Source of the DNA: Octopus sinensis
Taxonomy: Eukaryota
Reading direction: 5' to 3'
Length of the DNA stretch: 64,000 nucleotides
Assembly (NCBI RefSeq): GCF_006345805.1
Contig: NC_043010.1
Location: 9,424,001 to 9,488,000 of the forward strand
Part shown: positions 12,351 to 24,755 of the stretch, one piece after another
Numbering within the stretch: position 1 is the stretch's first letter
How the letters are laid out: the number at the start of each line of letters is the position of its first letter
Translations under genes and position numbers: made by a program
Notes under the pieces: model-generated
What the model was told of the DNA's origin: nothing
Databases searched by the model: none
What the model saw: only the letters and a program-made list of their open reading frames with translations

Positions 12351-13315
12351 CACTATGATTTATAGATTTATAAATTTACATATGCCTATGCACACACAAA
12401 CACACACATGCACACAAAACATGTATGGTGATAGACGGGATTCATTCAATTTTAGAAATAAATAAATTATTGCAAATACATGTGTATATGATTATTTGGA
12501 TAAGTTTACATACATATATGCATGTACATGTGCACGTATGGGCATGTATATGAGTGTGTACGTGAACATGTGTGTGCATATGTGTGTGTCCATGTGTCCA
12601 TGTGCGTGCTTGTGTGTGCTATTTAAATATTTACAAAACAATAATCTTCTGCTATTAATCTATGTAATGACAATCAAAATGCTTATTTTTGCAACAAGGC
12701 AATGAAATATAATTATTTTCAGTTTGATTGAGGCAAACAATGCACAGATTAGCTTGTTAAAATTTATTTTCTTTCAGATTTTAATATATTTGGACAAGTT
12801 TGATTTGTTTTGTGTGTATGTGTGTGTATGTATATGTGTCTATGTGTGTGTGTGTGTGTGTTTGAATGTGATTCTGTGTAGTTTGATGTATCCTCTTGTG
12901 TGTGTATCAGAGTGTCAGTCAGTGTGATTTATGGTTGTTTGCATGTGTGAATGTTTGGTCAAGTATATGTAGGCATAAATCTCTGTATACGTATGTCTGT
13001 ATTTGCAATTCTGTGTATGTGTGTGTTTGTGTATACATATTTATATATTGTGATACGAAATTTGCTTCCCAACGACGCGGTTCCTGGTTCAGTTCCACTG
13101 CATGGCACCTTGAGCAAGTGTCTTCAACTAAAACCTTGAGCCAACAAATGACTTATTAGTCAACTTTGTAGACAGAAACTGAAAGAAGCCCACCAAATAT
13201 ATATATATATATATATATACTATTAATAGGGATGAAGCCTCTTTCTCTACAGAAAAAAATTCCATCAGGAATTGTGGCAGTATATTAAAAGAACCTTTAC
13301 GGTTAAAAATTATAA

Positions 13316-13731
13316 ATATCTTTTAAGCAAGGGCTAAAGAAGGTTATTCTAAAGCGAATATACTGATAATCCACATTTAATCTACTTGCTACAGAAAGTT
13401 GAACTGAAATTCGGGCAAATCTACCTTTGGAACATTTAAATTTCGTTATCTCAATATTGAATCAATTTCGGAATTAACCACATAAGGGTTCGTTTGTCTT
13501 CAGTTAAACTTACGAGAGAATATATGTAAGACACTCACATGTGCCTCTGGAAAACAGCGGAAGCAGATAACACAAGTACATCTGAGTAACCCAATTATAT
13601 CCAAAAATAAAAGTTCTTAGGTTAAGTCTCAGAACAATTTCAGTTCAACTTTCTGTAGCAAGTAGATTAAATGTGGATTATCAGTATATTCGCTTTAGAA
13701 TAACCATCTGTAGCCCTTGCTCATAAGATAT
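13316..13731. repeat. 96-bp inverted repeat (4 mismatches) around a 224-bp spacer
   Basis: 13316-13411 vs the reverse complement of 13636-13731; inner 70 bp are perfect. Confidence 0.95.
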
Positions 13732-13810
<79 letters not shown>

Positions 13811-13923
13811 TAGAAAAAAGGGAAAAAACTACAGAAGGCTTGTTTTATAAGGTTAAAGAATATATTTAAGTCGTTATGTTAGAAGAATGTTATAAAATTT
13901 TGCATATAGTAACATAATTTTTG

Positions 13924-13962
13924 GAGAAATTACCGGTTTCGTGTTAACTTTTCAAATTTCTC
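13924..13962 (-). ncRNA. Minimal type I hammerhead ribozyme, U3-A8 covariant core
   Basis: GAGAAAU-UUGAAAA-GU(UAAC)AC-GAAA-C(CG)G-UA-AUUUCUC: 7-bp stem I, 2-bp stem II, palindromic ACCGGU stem III, GUA cleavage triplet. Confidence 0.65.
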
Positions 13963-14890
13963 AAACGTCTTTACCTACATCATCTCATGTCTTCATATAT
14001 ATATATACATGTGTGTGTTTGTATATATATATATATATATAGTATTTTTCCTGGTTCTAAGAGAGTAAAGTAAAATATTGATAATAAGGAGAATGAAGAA
14101 TTTGAATATTTAAACTTTATGTTTATTGGTAGTTGATTTATTCATAATAATTGTCTGATACATGTTTTGATTGCATTAATTGCATATCATTGCATATTTA
14201 TATGCAGTGATTTATGCATTATTAGTATAGTCTCTTCAGGGTGTATAAGTAAGACATTATTATTATTATTAATATTGTACTTTACACTCTAAGTAGCCAG
14301 GAAAATGCTGTAACATCAGATGGGAGTTACAGGAAATTTACCATAAATTGCAACATCTGGAGGAACCAGCCTTGGCATTTTACACTAAGAAATTTGGTAT
14401 CTGCCTGGCGTGGAGTAGGTGAAACAGGGACAACTGAAGAAGGGGAATATCCTTTATGTTGCATGTCTCGTTTCACTGATTGTTTTTTTTGTTGTTCGAA
14501 AAAAGTTCGTTTCTATGTTTTTGTTTTTGTTTTCCTTTTTCATTGTGTTCAACTTTTTTTTATGTTGTCCTGTACCCATATATGCATGTATATATATGTA
14601 GGTATGTACATATATGTATGGATGTATGCATATATTTATATATTATTTATATTATATATATATATATATATATCACTATATATATATATAAATGTCTGCG
14701 TTTTTCCCCCCGCCACTGCTTGACCGTGTATGTTTCCATAAATTAACACTTTGGCAAAAGAGACCAGAAGAATAAGTACCAGGTTTTACAAAAAGTACTG
14801 GAGTCAATTTATTCAACTAAAATTTTACAAGGTGGTGCCCAAGCATGCTCACAGTACATTATATATTATGTGTATATATATATATATATA

Positions 14891-15406
14891 TACTAGCAGT
14901 ATCGCCCGGCGTTGCTCAGGTTTGTAAGGGAAATAACTATATAAGCATTTTTAGAGAGTTACTTCCCTTATAGATGCCAATTCGGGCTTTCTTAGCCATT
15001 TCTGTTTTGGTGTCTTCAAGCCATGAAGTCGTTGTTCTAAAAGAACGCTGGTCTCCTTGACAACGCTTTACGACATTGATTTCCTTACACTCCCTTCCCC
15101 ACAGCTTCATGAGGGAGGGAAGAAGGGGGAGAAGCAAACAGGTGCAGGTGTGACCATGGACGCCAACTCCGCCGCCATCGACACACGAAAAATTATGCAT
15201 TAAAATGGAATAAAAAATGATGTTAAATTATTTTTAAAATCGTAGACTCATCGTAGACGTGCGCTAATACACAGACGGGCTCGATATGAATCACGACTAT
15301 AAGATACCCGAATTTGGTTAAACTGCACCGCAAAATGTGGGAGTAGTTAGGAATCTAAATCGAAGGGGACAGACACTCACACAACTACAGTTTTATATTT
15401 ATAGAT
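14891..15406 (+). mobile_element. Helentron/DINE-1-like non-autonomous rolling-circle element
   Basis: Starts tactagcagtatcgcccggcgttgc, ends ttttatatttatagat, embedded in (TA)n; these termini resemble DINE-1/Lep1-type elements. Confidence 0.65.
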
Positions 15407-15421
15407 ATGTATGAATATATT

Positions 15422-15481
<60 letters not shown>

Positions 15482-15510
15482 ATATATGTATATATATACA
15501 TATATATGTG

Positions 15511-15541
<31 letters not shown>

Positions 15542-16000
15542 ACCTGTGTGTATGTATGTATGTATGTGTGTGTATGTATGCATGTGTGTATGTGTATCTA
15601 TTTATATATATATACCTATAGTTGAAAAAAGTTTAGTAATCTATACAAATCAAATTTTTATATATAAAAAAGATGGATGTGGAAATAGCTCAGAAAGATG
15701 TCTAAGACATTTCATTCTAAGACGGAATTTAATAAAAATGATTTTAAAAATAAAAATATTACCGGTTTTGATGTATTTCATGTTATCGAATATCAGTAAA
15801 AATTTATAAAAATTTGAAAAATTTGAAGTAAAAACAGTTTATCTTCTGTCTGGTGGTCAAGACATGTTCTTGACCACCAGACAGAAAACATTTCATAAGA
15901 TGAAATACATTGAAAGCAGTAATATTTTTATTTATATAATCTTTCATTAAATTCCCTCTTGAATTGAAATGTCTTACTTCTGTGCTATTTCCACCTCCAT

Positions 16001-16043
<43 letters not shown>

Positions 16044-16106
16044 TAGAAATATAGATAGATATACACACACACACACACACATATATGATGAGGTTTTATT
16101 TTTGTT

Positions 16107-16331
16107 TCTTATTTCTTTATTGCCCACAAGGGGCTAAACACAGAGGGGACAAACAAGGACAGACAAAAAGATTAAGTCGATTACATTGACCCAGTGCATA
16201 GCTGGTACTTAATTTATCGACCCTGAAAGGGTGAAAAGCAAAGTCGACCTCGGCAGAATTTGAACTCAGAACGAATGGCAGACAAAATACCGCTAAGCAT
16301 TTTGGCCAGCATGCTAGCAATTCTGCCAGCT
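16107..16331 (-). mobile_element. SINE family B
   Basis: Matches the reverse complement of 481-711. Confidence 0.9.
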
Positions 16332-16645
16332 CAAAGCCTTCAATTTATTTTTGTTTCTGCCAAACAAACAGCTATGCTTACACTACATTAAAACGATAAT
16401 GATATACATATATAATGCATGTTCGTTTCACATTTTGGCAGACCACCAATAATTTCAGAGGAAGGGGTAAGTCGATTATATTGATTCCAGGGCTCAACTG
16501 CACTTATTTTTATCAACACAGAAAGGCACAGTTGACCTTGGTGTAATTTGAATTTACAATGTAAAAACAGATGAAATGTCACTAAACATTTTGCCAGACA
16601 TTCTAATGATTCTGTCATCTTGTTGCCTTGAATAATACATATTTT

Positions 16646-17015
16646 AGGCATGGCTGTGTGGTAAGTATCTTGCTTACCAACCACATGTTTCTGGATTCAG
16701 GCCTACTGCATGGCAACTTGGGCAAGTGACTTCTGCTATAGCCTTGGCTTGACCAAAGCCTTGTGTGTAGATTTGGTTGACAGAAACTGAAAGAAACATG
16801 TTGTATATATATATGTGTATGTGTGTGTGTGTGTGTGTGCGTGTGTGTGTTTGTGTGTCTGTGTTTGCACCCCTGTGACTTAGCAGTTCAGCAAAAGAGA
16901 CCAATAGAATAAGTACTAGGCTTACAAATAATAAGTTATGGGGTCGACTTGTTCAACTAAAGGTGGTGCTCCAGCATGGCTACAGTCAAATGACTGAAAC
17001 AAATAAAAGAATAAA
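16646..17015 (+). mobile_element. SINE family A
   Basis: Family consensus. Confidence 0.85.
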
Positions 17016-17089
17016 AGGAAAAGAAAGAAAATATATTGGGGTGAGGGGGTGGAGCTGAGGGGAAAGCCACAATGCTGCTGAAAACTCTG

Positions 17090-17128
<39 letters not shown>

Positions 17129-17419
17129 CACATGCACACACACAAACAAACAAGGACACAAGCAGCATAAATATACACATCTTAGAACAGAATGGAGTAA
17201 GTGGTGCAAGAGCACACATGCAAGCGAAAAGTGTTTCTGAAGAGGTCACAGGTGTGTAACTAAAGATTTCTGGACAATGGACATGAGTTAAAATAATAAA
17301 ATAACAACAGCAGTAAATGAGTGAAGAAACAAAAAGTATATATTTGGCAAAAAACAATAAAGAAAAAGATGACCATCTCGAAATACAATATATATATATG
17401 TATGTATGTATGTATGTAT

Positions 17420-17510
17420 CATCATCATGATCATCGTTTAACGTCCGTTTTCCGCACTAGCATGGGTTGGACGGTTCGACCGGGGTCTGGGGAGCCAGGG
17501 GCTGCTCCAG
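17420..17510 (-). mobile_element. Family D 3' tail
   Basis: catcatgatcatcgtttaacgtccgttttcc...ggggtctggggagccagg. Confidence 0.75.
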
Positions 17511-17535
17511 ATGTATGTATGCATGCATGTATATA

Positions 17536-17572
<37 letters not shown>

Positions 17573-18272
17573 TTATATGTATATATATATATGAATGTAT
17601 GTATAGATATATATATATGTATCTGTGTGTATCTTTTGTTTGTCTCTTGTCACTATATGACAACCAGTCTTGGTTTGTTTACATCCACATGACTTTGAAA
17701 TTTGACGTAAGATGATGATAGAATAAGTACCAGACTTTAAAGAATAAGCACTAAACCTACCTAGGTGGTGCTCCAGCATGGCTGCCATCCCATGACTGAA
17801 ACAAGCAAACATAAAATGTATGTGTGTATGTGTGTGTGTATGTGTGTGTGTGTGTATTATACCCTCATCATTTTTACCTCTCTTTTTTCCATGTTTACAT
17901 GGGTCACAAATAATTTGTTAAGGCAGATTTTCAAATGGGTGATGGCTACATTAATCAAATAAGTAACTCTATTATCAAAGAGAAGCGAAAAGAAAGAAAA
18001 TATCTAATCTAGTTAGACTTGAATAGCATTAATTGGCTACAGTAGTAGAAAAAAATTCAATGAGGATCCCACTATGTGGTATTTTACCTGACAGATATAG
18101 TAAACAACAGTCTTTCAAATCAAACCAACCATTTTTGTTTTGTTTTTTGTTTTAATGCCTCAGAAAGAAGTAAAAGGATGATGAAGCAGCTTAGGTCTTA
18201 GTGAAGGAAGAATACATTAAGAAAAACATACTCCTGGATATACATTGCTTGTGTAAAATACATGATCACAAT

Positions 18273-18675
18273 TACTCTTTTACTCTTTCACTTGTTTCAG
18301 TCATTTGACTGCGGCCATGCTGGAGCACCACCTTTAGTCGAGCAAATCGACCCCGGGACTTATTCTTTGTAAGCCCAGTACTTATTCTATCGGTCCCTTT
18401 TGCCGAACCGCTAAGTGACGGGTACGTCAACACACCGGCATCGGTTGTCAAGCAATGCTAGGGGGACAAACACAGACACACAAACATATACACACACACT
18501 TATATATACATATATACGACAGGCTTCTTTCAGTTTCCGTCTACCAAATCCACTCACAAGGCATTGGTCGGCCCGGGGCTATAGCAGAAGACACTTGCCC
18601 AAGATGCCACGCAGTGGGACTGAACCCAGAACCATGTGGTTGGTTAGCAAGCTACTTACCACACAGCCACTCCTG
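18273..18675 (-). mobile_element. SINE family A (young subfamily)
   Basis: Nearly identical to 26234-26652; CpGs retained. Confidence 0.95.
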
Positions 18676-18691
18676 TTTGCCTGTTGTGAAG

Positions 18692-18722
<31 letters not shown>

Positions 18723-18967
18723 TATCACAAATCTGCTCAATTGGAGTTGATCTGGGTCCAAACAGCTACATCATCAACATCGACAACACCACCACCAGCA
18801 ACAAATGAGGCAAAGCTGAAGCTTCTATAATGTCGCCCAACTTGCAAGAGATAACAGCCAATTTTCCTTCAAATGAAAGCTCACATGTTCTTGGGTTGTC
18901 TGCACATATGGAAAAGATGGGGCACTTTCTATTATATATGTACACATTTATATATCTATCTATCTAC

Positions 18968-18998
<31 letters not shown>

Positions 18999-19175
18999 AT
19001 ATATATATATATATTCACACATAATATATATATAGATATAGATAGATAGATATAGATACATAAAGATACATATACAGATACAAACATATATGTGTGTGTG
19101 TGTGTGTGTGTATGTTTGTTTATATATATATATATATATATATATAAATGGAGTTAAACGCAGGTGTTATTCAAA

Positions 19176-19255
19176 TTCTTTTACTTCCGACACATGTTTC
19201 GAAGATAGCACTGGTATAATTCCAAAGGAATCTTCTCTTCAGGGAAATGAAGAAA
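19176..19255 (-). ncRNA. Type I hammerhead ribozyme, intact consensus core
   Basis: uuucuucauuucc-CUGAAGA-GAAGAU(23 nt)AUCUUC-GAAA-C(AUGU)G-UC-ggaaguaaaagaa. Stem I 11/13 paired, stem II 6 bp, GUC site with predicted cleavage between 19189 and 19188. Confidence 0.85.
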
Positions 19256-19876
19256 CGAAACCTGTCGATAAGACATTTTAACAGAATATGATGGATATGT
19301 ATAGTGATTAAATGAACGCTTTTAAGTTTGTTTTAAAAAAATGTTAGAGGGTATAACGTCAAAGGTAGCCTATAGAAAGAGGAGGGGAAAATGAAAGAAA
19401 AAAACCAAATGAATGAGAAGTATATAACGATATGTAAATTAAAAAAAAATTTGTAGTCTTGGAAAATGATATATCTAGTGACTGTGAAATGCAAGAAGAA
19501 AATCAATGTTTAAATTATATATAATGATAGATATCATTTATATGAGCTAAAGTTGTGTTTCTGCCAATGTTTACATCGGTAACTATGCTCTATAACCATG
19601 TTTACAAGGGGATTTTTAGAAAATAGAATAAAAGATAGTTCAGAATTACAAAGAAGACAGAATTCCTTGCCTTTATCATAAGGAATCAACCATATATATC
19701 GCTTGACAACCAATGTTGGTGTGTTTATGTCCCTGTAATGTAGCAGTTTGGCAAAGGAAACTGATAGAATAAGTACTAGGCTTACAGAGAATAAGTCCTG
19801 GGGTCAATTTGTTCGACTAAAGGCGATGCTCCAGCATGGCTGCAGTCAAATTACTGAATGAAATAGAAGAATAACT

Positions 19877-20246
19877 GAACAAGAGCACTCAGAGAGTGCA
19901 AACCTCTGCCAAGTCAACACCAACGTCCTCTCAATGATTACCCGGAGATGATTTTTGAAATGAGAATATCTGAAATAAACTCGGCAGCTCTCACAAATAA
20001 GAATAGTGAAAATGAACCTGACTGTTTCAAAAATTAAGTAGAAAATAGGAACAATAATCCAGAATCCTTCTCCGGTGTTGGATTGATCCCAAAATCTAAT
20101 CAGTTCATGCCAGTCACAAGACCAAACATCCCTGCAAGTTTCATCAGAATCCATCCAGTGGTTCTTGAGTTATCTTGTCCACGGTCAAACAAACAAACAA
20201 ATATAACTGAAAACAATACCTCCAGCTTTGCTAAGGTGGAAGTAAT
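19877..20246 (+). mobile_element. Helentron-associated (HINE)-like element
   Basis: aacaagagcactc start; aagtttcatcagaatccatccagtggttcttgagttatc block; (acaa)n; terminal quasi-hairpin tacctcc...ggtggaagta. Confidence 0.55.
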
Positions 20247-20519
20247 AAAAGAATAAAAGAATACATATCCGTATATGTGTGTATATACATATATATATAT
20301 ATAAATATATATATATATACATATACATATATGTATATGTGTGTATGCATAGGTTTATACACGTACACACACACACACACACATACACACACACACAGAG
20401 GTATATGTTTATATGTGTCATTTTGTGTTTGTCATCCACCCCCACAGTTTGCCAATCAGTGTTGGTTTGTTTATGGCTCAGTAACTAAGTTTTAAAAAAA
20501 ACATAAGCTCTGTGGTTAA

Positions 20520-20860
20520 TTTGCTTGACCAAATGATGTAATTGTTAATTGTTTGAATGACATTGTAGGGTTGGTGTGAGAAGCCAGATTTGGCTGATTT
20601 GAACATAAAAAATGGTAGAAAATTTCAGCAAGATTAAAGGCTACTTTAAGTTCTAAAGGTTTAATTAACCCTTTAGCTTTTAAAGCAGCCATATCTGGTC
20701 AAAATATTCTACCTATGTTCAAACTGGTTGGATCTGGCATCTCACACCAACTCTACAATATCATTCTAAGTGTTAACAGTTCCCTCATCAAAAGAATGCG
20801 AACAAATAAGCATTATATTTGACAAAATAATGTGGATGCTGAACTGGCACCCCATCAGTT
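20520..20860. mobile_element. Two piggyBac-type MITE copies joined end-to-end in inverted orientation
   Basis: ctaaaggtttaa|ttaaccctttagc junction at 20653-20677; both halves resemble 52815-53034. Confidence 0.65.
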
Positions 20861-21019
20861 ATGATGACAAGGGTTCCTGTTGATCTGATCAACGGAACAT
20901 CCTGCTCGTACAATTAACTTGCAAGTGACTGAGCACTCCACAGACATGTGTACCCTTGATATAGTTCACAGGAGAATCAGCATGACAAAGCTGGCCCTTT
21001 GAAATACAGGCAGTATTCC

Positions 21020-21150
21020 TTTTTGTCAGCTGAGTGGACTGGAGCAATGTGAAATAAAGTGTCTTGCTCAAGAACACAATGTGTCACCAGGAATCAAACT
21101 CGTGACCTTACGTTCATGAGCCGAATGCCCTAACCACTAAGCCATGCACC
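21020..21150 (-). mobile_element. SINE family G fragment
   Basis: Reverse complement of the 28309-28445 head (gtgttcttgagcaagacactttatttcacattgctccag). Confidence 0.75.
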
Positions 21151-21248
21151 ATCACAAGTGAATGCTAAGGGGTTAAGGGAATAATTTTCCCAACTGAATG
21201 TTTGGGGACTTGTGTGCCATCGTTGATGTGCTGAATCTTGAGTAATGT

Positions 21249-21655
21249 AGGAGTGGCTGTGTGGTAAGTAGCTTGCTAACCAACCACATGGTTCCGGGTT
21301 CAGTCCCACTGCGTGGCACCTTGGGCAAGTGTCTTCTGCTATAGCCCCGGACCGACCAATGCCTTGTGAGTGGATTTGGTAGAGGGAAACTGAAAGAAGT
21401 CTGTCATATATATGTATATATATGTATATATATGTGTGTGTGTGTGTTTGTGTGTCTGTTTGTACCCCTAGCATTGCTTGACAACCGATGCTGGTGTGTT
21501 TACGTCCCCATTACTTAGCGGTTCGGCAAAAGAGACCAATAGAATAAGTACTGGGCTTACAAAGAATAAGTCCCGGGGTCGATTTGCTCGACTAAAGGTG
21601 GCGCTCCAGCATGGCCGCAGTCAAATGGCTGAAACAAGTATAAGAGTAAAGAGAG
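21249..21655 (+). mobile_element. SINE family A (young subfamily)
   Basis: Shares diagnostic gaccaatgccttg and tagcattgcttgac with 18273 and 26234. Confidence 0.95.
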
Positions 21656-21965
21656 AATGTGCGAATAGGTTTAAATTATTGAACTAAACTCTGATCCCAG
21701 CTCTCCACTCTACCCTACTCACTAATCTCAGAAAGTAAGGTATGAGACGGAACTAATACTGAAAGCCCTACCATAAATATTTTATGCCATAATATACTCC
21801 CCCACCACCATCACCATCATAGCACTAGTGTTATCGTCATCATCATATTCGTTGTCGTCATCATCATCACCACCACCCCTACGTCCACCACTCTCATCAT
21901 CATTCTCATCACCATCACTGTTACCACCACAGTCACCTCCATTATCATCACTTTCATCATCATTA

Positions 21966-22200
21966 TCTATTTCTTTACTACCCACAAGGGGCTAAACACA
22001 GAGAGGACAAACAAGGACAGACAAACAGATTAAGTCGATTATATCGACCCCAGTTCGTAACTGGTACTTATTTAATTGACCTCGAAAGGATGAAAGGCAA
22101 AGTCGACCTCGGCGGAATTTGAACTCAGAGCGTAGCGGCAGATGAAATACCGCTAAGCATTTCGTCTAGCGTGCTAACATTTCTCCCAGCTTGCCGCCTT
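21966..22200 (-). mobile_element. SINE family B
   Basis: Family consensus. Confidence 0.9.
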
Positions 22201-23545
22201 AAATCATCATCATTATCATCATCGTCACCACCACCACACTACACCACCATCATTACTAACACCACTGCTACTGCTATCATTACTGTCATCACTGTTTCCC
22301 TGAGTACTTTTCTATGTGTTGGACAAGATATTTATACTATGTGTTGGGAAGGACATTTTTGAGATAGTCTGTTATGGTCTGGTACCTTTTCCATTGCCAC
22401 CTACTTTAGTTCTTTCTTACAGCACAAGGAACACAGCAAAAGCAAAAAAAAAAAATTCCTGGAATACATATCATTATAATAAATTATAATTAATTATATA
22501 AATCACAGTCTTTTTCTCATTGAAATCTTAGCAAATCAAATACCATTTTATTGTTTGTATAAACTATTAGAAACATTTCAAAATACCTTTTCCAATTTTG
22601 CACATAGTAGTACTTCTCCCTTAAAGATCTGCATTTTATATACATTTATACATATAGATATACATACACACACATATATACAGATGTATATGAGTGTGTG
22701 TGCATGCGTATGTGTGTGTATGTATATGTGTGTAAGTGTGTTTGAAAGTGTGTGTGTGTGTGTGTGTGTGTACATATTCCAACCAGTGGATAATACCGCA
22801 CCTATAAAGCATGCTGAAAACATGCATTATGATCATCAATGGAAAGTTTCATTGCTTATAAAAGATTTGTCAGAAGTGGAACAACTCGGAATTGATGATA
22901 ATTAAAATGAAAAGATACGTAATTAAATTTTTAAGACTCTTTGTTAAAAATATTTCAACAATGTAAAACACTTTTAGTAATTATACCTGGCTAATTAAAT
23001 TTAAATTGCATTTTATATCCAATGCTATGCTTTTGCTATACCAAGCATCATGGAGTATTGTTATAGAAATAAATAAAGTTTTATAATTTCTATGCTTCAA
23101 TTATCTAACATAAATGCTTCAGGAAGATTATATACAGTAATTGAAACAAGGAATACTTGAACTATCCTGTGCTAGATTTTCCTATGAAATAATCCAGATG
23201 AGCTACAATGGACATTTATAAAAGAAATGGAAAAGTGAAATTGAATATGGAAAGGTTTGAATTTCTCTGTATCTAAATACAATAGCACCTACAATGCTGT
23301 CTCGGTTTTCTTGTGATATTTCTGTAATTATCTGTATCTGTGTATGCATTTGTGCATGTATCTGTATTTATGTGTGTATGTATCTGTGTGTGTGTGTGCT
23401 TGTGCATTTCTCTAACCATGTGTATATGTGTATGTATTTATGCATGTATCTGTATATTTATGTATGTGTATCTATGTGTGTGTGCATCTGCATTTAAGGC
23501 TGTGGATGTGTTGATATGTGTATGTGTATATATATGTGTGTGGAG

Positions 23546-23675
23546 GTACATGGCCTAGTGGTTAGAGAGGGATCGCGGGTTCGAATCTCAAACCGGGCGA
23601 AGTGTGTGTTTATGAGCGAAATACCTAAGCTCCACGCAGCTCCGGCAGAAGGTAATGGCGAACTTATACTGATTC
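23546..23675 (+). mobile_element. SINE C-related 5' fragment
   Basis: ggaggtacatggcctagtggttagag...gttcgaatc...aagctccacgcagctccggcag. Confidence 0.65.
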
Positions 23676-23859
23676 TTTCGCTAACTAAAATCTTCCAAGG
23701 TGGTGCTCCAGTATGGCTGCAGTTCAATGACTGAAATACGGAAAATATAAAATATGCGTATATATATGTATATGTACATCTATATATCTATATACATGTG
23801 AGTGTATGAGTAGCCATGTTTATGTGTTTACTATGAACTTTTAATCTTAATTTATATAA

Positions 23860-24098
23860 GTAGCGGAATTATAACACAGTAATTTCCCTTTATATAACGG
23901 TATTTTTTCATAGCGTTTTTTCAGATGGCCAGATAACTGAAGAGATGGTGTTGTGGTTTTCCACTTCGGCGTCTGAAACTCAGAGTTTTATCTTGACTAT
24001 TGAATAATTGCAACATATTATTTTATAGATAAATTTCCTCTATTTACATAATATTGAGGTCTCTTTCTTTCTTTTGTTATCTTACCGTTTTTACCAAT
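23860..24098 (+). mobile_element. Family F Penelope pLTR-like element carrying a hammerhead
   Basis: 3' part 24010-24098 is nearly identical to 33758-33842; both end at (TA)n. Confidence 0.6.
23931..23993 (+). ncRNA. Type I hammerhead ribozyme, near-canonical (one extra U before G12)
   Basis: AGAUAA-CUGAAGA-GAUG...CGUC-(U)-GAAA-CU(CAG)AG-UU-UUAUCU: 6-bp stem I, extended stem II with GUGG(UUUU)CCAC cap, GUU site. Confidence 0.65.
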
Positions 24099-24131
24099 AT
24101 ATATATATATATATATATACATACACACACA

Positions 24132-24184
<53 letters not shown>

Positions 24185-24755
24185 TGGATGAAATGAGCTA
24201 AGCAGTGTTTACGTATAATCACAATTTAGGTTAGTTGAAATATGTTTGTCACATATTTCAACTGCTAAAGGCAAATACACTGCAGTTACCATTCATTCAT
24301 GCGCTTTGATTACCCAATCCTGTCCTTTTGACCCTGTGCCACTGTATCATCGTTCTCTACTTGTTCCCAACCTGCGTGTTCTACCCACGTGACCTGTCTC
24401 ACTGTATTATTACTGTCTGCTAACCCCTGGCCTGTGTACCTTGCTTCTTGCAGATTCCTTTCAGATGTTGCTGTAATTTGCCACCTGTTTCACACAGGAA
24501 GGGCTTCTTCCAGGTTTTGCTACTTCTGTAATTTTGTTTTTCTTCTAGTTAAGAGCATTGGCCATATACAGACCCATCCTCACATCTCGGAAGTGGGTAT
24601 CCATGCTTGTCTAGCCTCTGTCTGTTGACTTCTCATCTTGCACTCTACTGGAATGTCTCTCTGGGTCTTTCTAGAAGACAAGTCTTCACTTTGAAATCGA
24701 CTGAACTTTATGGTGGATAGATAACTGTATGTATATATATATATATATATATATC

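Noticed and set aside
15760-15815. aaaaccggta on the minus strand, resembling the 13924 hammerhead
   Set aside because: Core and stem I too degenerate to support.
18690-18920. Poly-T tract suggesting a processed pseudogene on the minus strand
   Set aside because: No recognisable coding frame, no clear polyA signal or TSD.
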